From the sequence record MG592671.1: a stretch of DNA of 64,000 nucleotides; one strand, 5' to 3'. Below are positions 19,301 through 27,804 of this stretch, piece by piece (the first letter of the stretch is position 1; each line of letters starts with the position of its first letter). Both the position numbers and the translations under genes were made by a program. The notes under the pieces are model-generated. The model ran no database searches and was not told the DNA's origin. It saw only the letters and a list, made by a program, of their open reading frames with translations.

Positions 19301-21146
19301 GCAGTGATAGCTTAGAAGACGTACTTCCAGGCGTAGATCCTATAATTAGTGATCCGTTAACATTAACATTGTCATTAGCTGTTATTGTAGCGTTTGCCAC
19401 TACAGTATCAGTGTTATCAGTACCTAAAATTGTACTTCCAGTAACATCTAGGTTTACTAACGTTAATGTTCCTTTAACATCAAGCACACTTGTGTTGCCA
19501 ATTGTTAATGTTGCACCAGTAACCTCAACATTATCTAGAAATTCAGTAGTTCCTGCAAAAATATTGTTCTCAGTAACGTCTGCCTTAAGATCAAGCTCAG
19601 CTTGGACAGTAACGCCACCTGTTGCAGTAACTAGTGATGCTGAATAATCCCCTAAAGATGCACTATATGCACTAGTATATACTGTGCCTTGTTCACCAGT
19701 AAACGATGCAATACCTGTAGGTATCACCATACTACCGCCGATTCGGATCCATGCTCCAGAATACCACACAATACTGTCGCCAGCATCATAATTCTCAGAT
19801 GTTCCTGTGATATCGTTATTATCAGAGGCATTTACTACAATATATTCAGTGCCATCCGCAGGAGCAACGCCGTCAACACCAGTAGCATCTAAAATATCGC
19901 CATTATCAGCTGTACCATTAGATGCGTTCTGGTTTAAATCAACCGTACCTGCCACATCACGAGGTGATGTGTTAATTCCATCAAGAAAATCACTTCTTGT
20001 TACTCCAGAAAGTGTGCCACCAACGTCCATTAGCACTCTGTCTGACATTCCAGGTACAGTTGTTCCTGCAACTTCAGACATATCGATGATTAACTCGCCA
20101 GACGCATTAAATCCAAGACCACTGTTTGTTCCTGCAATATCAACAGCAATTGATTGCGGGGATCCTGCTTGAAACTCAATACCATCGCCTGCAATTGCAA
20201 TTGTGGTTAAATCTAGATTAGTTAAACTATCATTTAGTAGCTGAACACTAACTGCTTCTGTAGGCTGTGGTGACGAAGTGTTAGTGACTCCTGTTATTTC
20301 GCCAGAAACTACCACAGTTCCGTTAAGAACTGTTGGGCCGTTTGCTGTTAAAGTACCACCAACAGTTGTGCCGCTTGTTGACGCTAGTGTGGAAGCTGTC
20401 ACCCCTGATGAGCTAACTACTGAACTACCAACAACAATTTCACCATTTTGGACTGCAATATCACCATTAGCTGAAATGATGTTGCCATTTTCTAAAAAGA
20501 TATTAGAAGTGCCACTAGGGTTATTATTGTTTGTAAGTAGTAGATCACCGCTATCAATCTCAAAGTTAACCTTTGTATTTGTCACATTACTTTTAAGAAC
20601 TAGATCACCGCCTGGTGACTGGATTTCCAATTTTGATGTGCCATTGGCAATGTAAGTTTCTCTATCAACCACTTGCCAATCATTTTCAACATTACCTGAA
20701 TCTGATTTTCGAACAATGAATACTTCAGAGTTATTGTTATCCAAAGTAAGTAGAGGAGTCCCTGTATCTTCATCAATAACACTAATGTTATTAACTTCTT
20801 CGAACCCAGTACCACTAATATGAACTGAATCACCAACAAAGGCTTCTGATTGTAGGACAATCACACAATCGCCGTTTTGTGTGTTAGCAAGAATATTTTC
20901 GCCACTTACAGCAGTGTACGGGCTATCTGTGTTATCAATAACAGTCCAAGAACCGCTTACTAAAGCAACCCATGTGTATCCGTTAAATCCTTCATATATA
21001 GCTGAATCCGTGTTGAATCGGATCATGCCTGTTCGAGCACCGGTATCTGATTCAGGTCTAGCAGACTCTGGCCCTTTCGGGATCTCTAGATACTTCTCAC
21101 CACGTACTATCAGACCTTCTCGGCCATCTAAACGTTTTACGCTCAT
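16356..21146 (-). CDS. long tail fibre proximal subunit/scaffold-like protein (T4 gp34-type repeats)
   Basis: five tandem ~105-aa repeats Y.(V/I)DT....TVTLP..P...D...I.DY.G....NNI.I...GWKI.G; two GxxRFNT...EGF.G..W motifs; start MSVKRL at 21146 after GGAG. Confidence 0.65.
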   Translation of the reverse strand: MSVKRLDGREGLIVRGEKYLEIPKGPESARPESDTGARTGMIRFNTDSAIYEGFNGYTWVALVSGSWTVIDNTDSPYTAVSGENILANTQNGDCVIVLQSEAFVGDSVHISGTGFEEVNNISVIDEDTGTPLLTLDNNNSEVFIVRKSDSGNVENDWQVVDRETYIANGTSKLEIQSPGGDLVLKSNVTNTKVNFEIDSGDLLLTNNNNPSGTSNIFLENGNIISANGDIAVQNGEIVVGSSVVSSSGVTASTLASTSGTTVGGTLTANGPTVLNGTVVVSGEITGVTNTSSPQPTEAVSVQLLNDSLTNLDLTTIAIAGDGIEFQAGSPQSIAVDIAGTNSGLGFNASGELIIDMSEVAGTTVPGMSDRVLMDVGGTLSGVTRSDFLDGINTSPRDVAGTVDLNQNASNGTADNGDILDATGVDGVAPADGTEYIVVNASDNNDITGTSENYDAGDSIVWYSGAWIRIGGSMVIPTGIASFTGEQGTVYTSAYSASLGDYSASLVTATGGVTVQAELDLKADVTENNIFAGTTEFLDNVEVTGATLTIGNTSVLDVKGTLTLVNLDVTGSTILGTDNTDTVVANATITANDNVNVNGSLIIGSTPGSTSSKLSLPNGSASAPSLYFGTGSQTGFYRDSTASNGDIIATAQGQAVGAFYRQGTTSAGLILEEVSGASVAPTMIIKNNLGDFVPSRNADIFIENFNPSIALRSKTDANNNAVTLESDNAAGSIFSIKTRENTNNSLGDTVNNYLEITANYFETFAQIHAEHGTSELPGISFKPSDDDIKLEGTGLYAVSKDTSIPSSVNKLGVSVDGVSKITVQNDDINHPSVIFEGSSAIVVPSGTIAERPIGEDGAMRFNTEVNQFEGFDGAQWGPLGSQIGAVTVDWFARNSDVTVVQNSGYYIDTTNEPVTVTLPPGVINDFVWIADYFGTSPANPITIIGTGDPTNPAPIMGSNEALIVSSANAVVQLTYIDDDYGWKITSGLGEFAGSDAVSWIPPYEWDPFAGPVEPFLSYMVDTSNTPVTVTLPAVPTDPDEALLFQDAYVRVADYYGTSPRNNIIVKTNGAPLNGVLGEDQVIRTANAALTFTYIDSTQGWKITAGSGTGGGSGIDNWEFVSGSVTPMALEAAFAYMVDTTGSAFTGILPANPNQFDIVNIMDHKGTCSTNNINIQGNGRPIVGVAEDLVLNLDRSMIQLTYMGDDDTEGWVITNGVGEGGGGGASRDDWETITTDTVAVIGGDYQCVTADNPITITMPTNPTVNDNVKISDYSGNCFNNNITIVSDKPIMGLPDELILDFNNVTIELTFIDNSMGWKITDGIGEGGSGGGLSQFWEYTNIDKVIEANGAYLVDTLVEEVRLVLPSNPGVNNTLFVSDYRGTASDNNIVIESLSDLIMGASDPLRIDLDNATVQLTFIDSTIGWKIVDGIGEGGGSGSGEVDSITEAVTLITPAQQVVNFSLISDAFSSVFFINGIKLYPSINGIVGDYVVTGNNQITLNSSYPIGSIILGTQNDTDGTQRTVWDFTTIEEESILASGQTIITLSNVDTDFPFSLYINGVRIFQSERTVLSSTQIQLHNTYPSGSKYVAVQNDPTGRS

Positions 21147-21177
21147 AGTTATCTCCATAAAAGAATATTATTTAAAG

Positions 21178-21202
21178 TATTTATTCTAAGGGGGTATAAA
21201 TA
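21178..21202. promoter_or_regulatory. back-to-back divergent late promoters (AATAAATA minus; TATAAATA plus)
   Basis: tatttatt at 21178-21185 and tataaata at 21195-21202 between divergent structural genes. Confidence 0.7.
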
Positions 21203-21228
21203 CCACATACAAGTATAGGAGAACAATA

Positions 21229-22170
21229 ATGGCACTAAGATCAAGACAGATGATGCCTGATACTGGTACTGACTGGAATTATCAAGGGGATGCGGTTGAA
21301 GCTGCAGGGTTCTATGGTATAACTACAGGATCACATACAGTTGCAATCTCAACTCAAGTGTTTGTGGGAAGAGTATATTTGATGGGTACATTAGAAAATA
21401 CCCCTGAAGATGCAGACAAAAATGATGGTTGGTTTGTGATTAAACCTAAGTCAAACAACATTAGTCAAAGTGTAGTACAACTAGTATCTGACGGTGTGAC
21501 TACTGAATACACACTAAATGCTCCTGGTAACACTAACAACGTTTTTTTAACTTTTGATGGTGTTACGCAAGTACCAAACAAGGATTTCACTTATTCCGGT
21601 AATATTCTAAGCTTAGTTGAATCGCCTGCAGACGGAGTTGTTATGGCAGTTAGAATAATGGCTCCTAACTATAAACCAGAGGATTTTGGTGAGATATTTC
21701 ATGTTGAATTTGAGGGTGATGGGGTAACTACTGAATTTATGTTGAGCGACACGGTAATACCAGGAAGCACAACTAATTTGTTTGTTAATATTAACGGGGT
21801 AGTTCAAACACCTTTTACTGATTTTACTTATAGTAACGGAGTTGTTAGTTTCTTTGAAGCTCCTTCTATTACTGAAGAAGGATTGCCTAATGTGTTTATA
21901 ACAGTTTACCCTCCAAGTGGTATTTCATCAAATGAAGATTACTGGGTGCAATTTCCTGTTAATGCCACTGATCCGGATCAAGGAAATGTTATCATTTCAC
22001 CAATATATGGTCCTAGAACCACAACTACTGTTATGGGTATTTTTGAAGGAAATTACACATACATTAAAGCAATTTTAGACAGAGATTATCTAGAACCGTA
22101 TGATCCAAACATGCCACAATACAAGCTAGATGCAGTTGGATCAATTAGTAGAATTCTAGTAAACTTTTAA
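21229..22170 (+). CDS. virion structural protein with two GDGVTTEF modules
   Basis: 313-aa ORF, AGGAG RBS, late promoter; modules like those in the tailspikes. Confidence 0.65.
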   Translation: MALRSRQMMPDTGTDWNYQGDAVEAAGFYGITTGSHTVAISTQVFVGRVYLMGTLENTPEDADKNDGWFVIKPKSNNISQSVVQLVSDGVTTEYTLNAPGNTNNVFLTFDGVTQVPNKDFTYSGNILSLVESPADGVVMAVRIMAPNYKPEDFGEIFHVEFEGDGVTTEFMLSDTVIPGSTTNLFVNINGVVQTPFTDFTYSNGVVSFFEAPSITEEGLPNVFITVYPPSGISSNEDYWVQFPVNATDPDQGNVIISPIYGPRTTTTVMGIFEGNYTYIKAILDRDYLEPYDPNMPQYKLDAVGSISRILVNF

Positions 22171-22200
22171 TATATTATAACATTTATAAGGAGAAACATC

Positions 22201-24015
22201 ATGGCTCAATATTTCCATGTGTTTGATACGCTAATTGAGGCGCAGGGAGCAACATTACCAGAAGGTGTTCTAGTTAAAACAAAAGGCGGAGCAGTTGTTG
22301 GGGATGGTCAAGGAGGGGAGTATTTAACAAGCACAGGCGGTATTATAGACACTAATGCCCCGCAAGGTATACAAATTAAGGCGACTGGCACAACAACACC
22401 AAGATCACTAGCAGATAGATTTGCTGATATAATTAATGCCAAAGATTTTGGAGCTATAGGGGACGGTACTACTGACGACACTGAAGCATTAAAAGCTGCT
22501 ATAGCAGAAGCTGCAAGAGTGAATAAGCGAGTATTTCTACCAACAGGCGCGTACTATATTACAGAGACTTTGATTCTCCCTGAGCAGTGCTGGATAGAAG
22601 GTGAACTACACTTCTTTAGAACTAATGGTTCAGCATCAGAAATCGTTGTCGACACTGATATAGTAGCAATTCAATTACAAGATTACACGCTAGGACATCG
22701 ACTTGATAATCTTGTGATTCGTTATGAAGGTGAGGTAGGAACTTCCACTAAGCCAGCAGTTATAAATCAATCTTTAGAACTAAATAATAACACTACAGCT
22801 AGTATGGGCGCCCACTTCGAAAATGTATATACTAGAAGATTCTACACTGGATTTCATATAAAAGCATGGTCTTGGCAAATACGCTTGATTAACTGTTGGT
22901 CTGAGCAGCACTTTCGCAATGGCTTCTATATCCAAGGTGATTTTACATCTGCTGCGTTAGTTCAATTTCTACACTGCTCTGCCATCACAGGTGATATATC
23001 CAATAATGCTATAGGGTTTTTAGTAGAAGGAGGTAACGTTATTCTAGATAACTGTCGTATTGAAAACAATGCATACGGGCTTAGAGTAGGGTATGACGGC
23101 ACTATTGCATCTGACTCCACCGGAGCAAACGTTACTATTAATAATGGCTACTTTGAGGGAAATAGACAGAGGGATATGGAATGCCGTTACGGCTCAAGTA
23201 TCACTGCGGATTACTGTCAATTTTTACATCAGAATTCTGGACATACAACAAACTGTATTTTATTCAGTACTGGCGATACGAGTAATGGCGGTTCAATAAT
23301 TATTCAACGCATGCTTGTGAAATCCAACAATGGCAACTCATTAAGTTACTTAATGATTAACGAAGATAACTCGCACATTTGGGTGAATGATTGTGAAATC
23401 TTGGACTTGGAAAATACTATGCAGGTATCACCGTATTTCAATGGTAGGTATGGTCCTCGTTATATTGGCTTCCGTGAGCATGACTTTGAAATAAAAGGTT
23501 TAGGTCTTAACTGGCAATACGAGTATGCTAGATTACAACATACTAACGGCACTGGATGGACTCCACAATTTGTATGTGATGGTGGGACATTCCCTGCAAC
23601 TGGAGGTGAGCGTTACATACAGTATGACGCAGCAGATGAACTTATGGTAGGAGATGTAGCCACTGGTAATTGGTATTATCGAAACTATCAAAAGCGTCCT
23701 ATTGAGTACAACTCTACTCCAAATCTAGCAGGTGATACTTATAGTATGCATGATAGAGCTGGTGTAATTGCTATTCGTTTTACTGGCAACCCAAGCACAG
23801 CAACTATTACTCTCGATGAAACGACAATGGTGACAGGGGATATATTCTTTGTGACTGACGGGTTTAAAGACGGGTACGGAGATTCGTCGACAACTATTAC
23901 TATAAACGTGGATGGAAAAAGTTATGTTAACAATCCGTTAGAAACTACGTTTTTTAAAAAAGTTCAGCTTATTGGGGGCTCCACCGCCTCTAGAGTAATC
24001 TCTTGGAAAGGGTAG
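22201..24015 (+). CDS. tailspike/depolymerase (beta-helix)
   Basis: RSLADRFADIINAKDFGAIGDGTTDDTEALKAAI..VFLPTGAY; TAAGGAG RBS. Confidence 0.85.
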   Translation: MAQYFHVFDTLIEAQGATLPEGVLVKTKGGAVVGDGQGGEYLTSTGGIIDTNAPQGIQIKATGTTTPRSLADRFADIINAKDFGAIGDGTTDDTEALKAAIAEAARVNKRVFLPTGAYYITETLILPEQCWIEGELHFFRTNGSASEIVVDTDIVAIQLQDYTLGHRLDNLVIRYEGEVGTSTKPAVINQSLELNNNTTASMGAHFENVYTRRFYTGFHIKAWSWQIRLINCWSEQHFRNGFYIQGDFTSAALVQFLHCSAITGDISNNAIGFLVEGGNVILDNCRIENNAYGLRVGYDGTIASDSTGANVTINNGYFEGNRQRDMECRYGSSITADYCQFLHQNSGHTTNCILFSTGDTSNGGSIIIQRMLVKSNNGNSLSYLMINEDNSHIWVNDCEILDLENTMQVSPYFNGRYGPRYIGFREHDFEIKGLGLNWQYEYARLQHTNGTGWTPQFVCDGGTFPATGGERYIQYDAADELMVGDVATGNWYYRNYQKRPIEYNSTPNLAGDTYSMHDRAGVIAIRFTGNPSTATITLDETTMVTGDIFFVTDGFKDGYGDSSTTITINVDGKSYVNNPLETTFFKKVQLIGGSTASRVISWKG

Positions 24016-24069
24016 TTTTAATAGCCACTGAAATACATTCGTTGTTCTATATGATATTAGATAATCACA

Positions 24070-24099
24070 AAGAAAGCCCGCTTTAAAGCGGGCTTTCTT
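24070..24099. terminator. bidirectional terminator (30-bp perfect palindrome)
   Basis: aagaaagcccgcttt|aaagcgggctttctt between convergent tailspike and clpA genes. Confidence 0.75.
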
Positions 24100-24104
24100 A
24101 TCTT

Positions 24105-26321
24105 TTACTTCTTGATGACTACTTTATCATCTTGAACAGTAAACGTTACTGTGCCACCATCAACTAAGCTACCAAATAGCATCTCAGGTGCAAGCGGCTC
24201 TCGTACATGCTTAGTAAGCAAACGCTTCATTGGTCGCGCCCCTAGTCCTGGCTCAATGCCATTCTTCGCGAACCAAGTTTTAGCCTTAGCGTCTAATTTA
24301 ACTTTTACGCCTTTGTCTGCAACTCGCTCATTAAGCTCACCTAAGAACTTATCAACGATATTTTTGATAGTGCTCTCTGAAAGTTCATTGAACTTCACAG
24401 TGGCATCTAAACGGTTTAGAAATTCTGGAGAGAAGAAGCCTTTGACTGCTTTATCAATACCATCTTCAGATTTACCATTCGCATTAACACCAATACTTGT
24501 AACCGCTGCGTTTTTAACGCCAAGGTTCGTAGTAAGAATAATAGTTACGTTATTCAGTTTTACTGACTTGCCAGAAGTGCTTGAACTTGTCGCACGACCT
24601 TCGTCAAGGATAGCAAGCAACGTTTGCATGATACTTGGATGAGCTTTCTCAACCTCGTCAAATAGTAACACTGCATTAGGGTGCTTATCAACTTCTGAAA
24701 TCAGTCGACCTTCGTCCTCTGAACCAACATAGCCAGGAGGTGAACCAAACAGTTTACTTACTGAATGTGGTTCTTTGTACTCAGACATATCAAAGCGTAT
24801 TAGTTCGTTACCCAACGCATCAGCAAGTGTTTTTGCAATTTCAGTTTTACCAACGCCACTTGGACCAACAAATAAGTAGTTACCTTGAGTTGAGCCGTGT
24901 TCACGTAGGCCAGCTCGGGCCACTAGTACTGAATTGGTCAAAACGTCAACTGCTTGATCTTGACCAAAGACACGACTAGCAATAATACCTTTCAAGTCAC
25001 GCATTTTCTCATTTTCAGTGCTTGCAATAATATCTAGAGGCAAGTTAGCGATTTTAGCAACAGCCTGTTGGACTAATTCAACTGAAATACTATCAGCTTT
25101 CATAGTACCAGCAATTCGATTCAACGATCCAGCGGCATCAAGTAAATCAATAGCTTTATCTGGGAAGTTTTTGTTATGGATATGCTGTTGGCTTAAACGC
25201 ATAACTGCATCTAATGTTGCCTTTGGATATTTCACATCGTAGTGCTTTTCATAAAATTTAGCAACACCAGCAAGAATTTCTTCAGTCTCTTCCAAAGTTG
25301 GTTCTTTCACATCAAGACGCATAAAGCGACGATTAAGCGCACCATCTTTTTCAAACTTGGAACGATATTCATCGTAAGTCGTAGCACCTAATACACGGAT
25401 CTCACCACGAGAAAGCTTAGGCTTCAACATGTTTGACATGTCTAAAGTGTTGTCTGAAGAAGCACCAGCACCCATAATAGTGTGGATTTCATCAATAAAC
25501 AAAATGTCTGATGGAGTTAACTCATCAATAACATCTTTCAAACGAGCTTCAAAGTCACCACGGTACTTAGCACCTGCAATTAGGGCGCCCATATCAAGAG
25601 AGTAAACAACTGCACCTTTAAGCGAATCGTCAACAGTTCCTTCAATAATGGCCAATGCTAGGCCTTCAGCAATTTGAGTTTTACCAACTCCAGGCTCGCC
25701 AGTAAGTAGCGGGTTGTTTTTTGTTCGACGACACAGAATCTGTGTAATATCTTTTAGTTCTTTGGTACGGCCAATGATAGGATCAATTTTGCCTTCAGCG
25801 GCTTTTTTATTCAAATTCACACAGTATTTTTGCAGGGCCTTGCCTGATCCATTTGAGTTTGTAGACATGCTTTCCATTTCTTCCTGATATGATTCTTCAT
25901 GTTGGCGCATTTCTAGAAATGCGAGAATATCTTCTGCTGTGATCCCCATATCAGCTAGAATATGCGAGCAGTAGGTACCTTTTGCAAACAGTAACTCAGT
26001 CAGTAAGTTCATAGATGTAAGCTGTCTGCCTGGGATCTGCTCTAATAGATCTTGGCATTGAATGCTTTGGTAAAAGTCTTCAAACTGTTTTGTTTTTCGT
26101 GGCGGATTGCCATCTTTTGAAACGGGGTAGTCATCACTACCTAATGCGTCAATTAAGCGATTACTCAATTGAACTGGGTCGATTTGCAAATCTTGGAACA
26201 AGCGCATTACATCATCACGCTCAGCTAACACGTAAAATACGTGATCAATCGTGATATATGTGTGTTTGTGTTCTTTCGCAAGAAAAATGCTTTTCTGAAA
26301 TAACTCTTTTACATTCAACAA
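24105..26321 (-). CDS. clpA: ATP-dependent Clp protease ATP-binding subunit (ClpA-like)
   Basis: Clp N-domain (HTYITIDHV); two AAA+ modules: GEPGVGKT/LFIDEIH, GAKYRGDFEARLK, GPSGVGKT/LLFDEVEKAH, PEFLNRLD, GARPMKR; lacks the ClpB coiled-coil; TTG start after GGAG. Confidence 0.93.
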   Translation of the reverse strand: MLNVKELFQKSIFLAKEHKHTYITIDHVFYVLAERDDVMRLFQDLQIDPVQLSNRLIDALGSDDYPVSKDGNPPRKTKQFEDFYQSIQCQDLLEQIPGRQLTSMNLLTELLFAKGTYCSHILADMGITAEDILAFLEMRQHEESYQEEMESMSTNSNGSGKALQKYCVNLNKKAAEGKIDPIIGRTKELKDITQILCRRTKNNPLLTGEPGVGKTQIAEGLALAIIEGTVDDSLKGAVVYSLDMGALIAGAKYRGDFEARLKDVIDELTPSDILFIDEIHTIMGAGASSDNTLDMSNMLKPKLSRGEIRVLGATTYDEYRSKFEKDGALNRRFMRLDVKEPTLEETEEILAGVAKFYEKHYDVKYPKATLDAVMRLSQQHIHNKNFPDKAIDLLDAAGSLNRIAGTMKADSISVELVQQAVAKIANLPLDIIASTENEKMRDLKGIIASRVFGQDQAVDVLTNSVLVARAGLREHGSTQGNYLFVGPSGVGKTEIAKTLADALGNELIRFDMSEYKEPHSVSKLFGSPPGYVGSEDEGRLISEVDKHPNAVLLFDEVEKAHPSIMQTLLAILDEGRATSSSTSGKSVKLNNVTIILTTNLGVKNAAVTSIGVNANGKSEDGIDKAVKGFFSPEFLNRLDATVKFNELSESTIKNIVDKFLGELNERVADKGVKVKLDAKAKTWFAKNGIEPGLGARPMKRLLTKHVREPLAPEMLFGSLVDGGTVTFTVQDDKVVIKK

Positions 26322-26360
26322 AATAAATTCTCCAAAATAATTATTTTTGCGCTATAATTA

Positions 26361-26370
26361 GTTATAACAT
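26361..26370 (-). promoter_or_regulatory. extended -10 promoter ATGTTATAAC for clpA
   Basis: 40 bp upstream of the clpA start; matches the motif before other non-structural genes. Confidence 0.5.
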
Positions 26371-26594
26371 AAAAATGTATGAATGTTGCAATTCCGCTGC
26401 ATCTGTTAAAAACTGATAGTTAGAAACTAACCTGTTAATAATGCTTATTTTTTATTCTAAAATATGTTAATTATTGCAAACATAATACAGTATAACATAT
26501 TTTTACGACATGTTAACTATATGCCAATCCGTGCAATATATAGATTTTACGATAGTAAATACTATAATAACTATTTTTATTAAGGATATCCGAA

Positions 26595-27650
26595 ATGTTC
26601 AGACTAGGAGCAAATAACAGAAATCACAATCCAGATATAGAGCTTGTTGATTCTCTTGTAGAGGAACAATACACAATAGGTGGTGTAGATATGTGGGTTT
26701 ATCGCTACTTAGGACCTAAAGGAACTCCAGGATCTACTGATGCAACAAAGCCAGATTTCATGGATGGGTCAGAAATCGATGATATTGGTAACCTTGTTTG
26801 GGGTGAGAATGCGCAACGAGATTACGATGTTAATGCTGTAACTTTGCCTATGAGTTATCAACAGCAAGATTCAACACTACAAATGCAAATACCAGGTCTT
26901 TTTTTGTGGGAAACTATGGATGTTACTATACCATATAGAATGATGATTAAACGTTGTGGTAGAAAAATCATGAATGGTGATGTTATTGAAATGCCGCACT
27001 ATCGAGATGATGAAATATTAAACTCTGATGATGTACTTAATAGATTCTACACTGTACATAATGCTCATTTTGCAGCTGAAGGCTACTCAATGATGTATAG
27101 TCGTCACATATGGAAATTACAGCTAGTTCCGTTAACAGATTCTCCTGAATTTAGCGATTTGCTAGGTGATCCTAACGATGAAGATTCATTAGGTAACTTA
27201 ATCGGATCAAATGAAAAAGAACTTGCAATAATGGACTCTATTATAGGCCAAGCTGATGCAGAAGTTCCGTATATACATTGGGATTCAGAGCAAATTTTCA
27301 CTAATGTTGACGAAACAGGGGAGACTAGCATTAGAGGAACGCATGATAACCAACGAGAAGGGCTACCACCAACAGAATATACTGAAGTTACAGAGTTTCC
27401 GTCTGATCCAATTAATGGAGAATGGGTTTTACGAACTGATTTTAAGGTTCCGTTGTTTTTTCAATACGAGTCAGAGCTATCAATATGGAGACAGTTTGAA
27501 TACAAAGGCAGACAGCCATGGACTGGGCCTGATTTAGAAGCATCAGATCTACTTAACAATACCAACACATATACCGATAGTGATGGAACAGTCAAACCTA
27601 GCAGACAAAGCATTCGTGACGTTATAAAGCCAGGTCTTGACGATATTTAA
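26595..27650 (+). CDS. putative neck/head-completion protein (gp14-like)
   Basis: EEQYTIGGVDMWVYRYLGP..GRKIMNGDVIEMPH..EGYS..WKL pattern; position next to the gp15-like gene. Confidence 0.55.
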   Translation: MFRLGANNRNHNPDIELVDSLVEEQYTIGGVDMWVYRYLGPKGTPGSTDATKPDFMDGSEIDDIGNLVWGENAQRDYDVNAVTLPMSYQQQDSTLQMQIPGLFLWETMDVTIPYRMMIKRCGRKIMNGDVIEMPHYRDDEILNSDDVLNRFYTVHNAHFAAEGYSMMYSRHIWKLQLVPLTDSPEFSDLLGDPNDEDSLGNLIGSNEKELAIMDSIIGQADAEVPYIHWDSEQIFTNVDETGETSIRGTHDNQREGLPPTEYTEVTEFPSDPINGEWVLRTDFKVPLFFQYESELSIWRQFEYKGRQPWTGPDLEASDLLNNTNTYTDSDGTVKPSRQSIRDVIKPGLDDI

Positions 27651-27680
27651 AATATAAGGGATGCGAAATTCCCTTATATT
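27651..27680 (+). terminator. hairpin after the neck gene
   Basis: aatataaggga-tgcgaaat-tcccttatatt. Confidence 0.55.
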
Positions 27681-27804
27681 ACTACTAGAGTACATGTTAA
27701 ATACTTACACATTTTTAATATATTTCAAAACAACTGATAAATCAGTTTTCTTAAGGAGAGTTTAATGATTATCTCAAATAATGCTAGAAATAAGGAGAAT
27801 AGTT

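Noticed and set aside
1-24015. Diversity-generating retroelement or invertase/shufflon acting on the spikes
   Set aside because: No reverse transcriptase or site-specific recombinase, no template/variable repeat pair with adenine-specific mismatches, and no inverted crossover sites noticed in this window
24151-24642. 163-aa ORF antisense to clpA
   Set aside because: Mirror frame of a conserved gene; no independent signals
26322-26594. 273-bp AT-rich gap as a possible origin or ncRNA
   Set aside because: Explained by divergent promoters (clpA extended -10 and a late-like AGTAAATA at 26554); no iterons or stable structure seen
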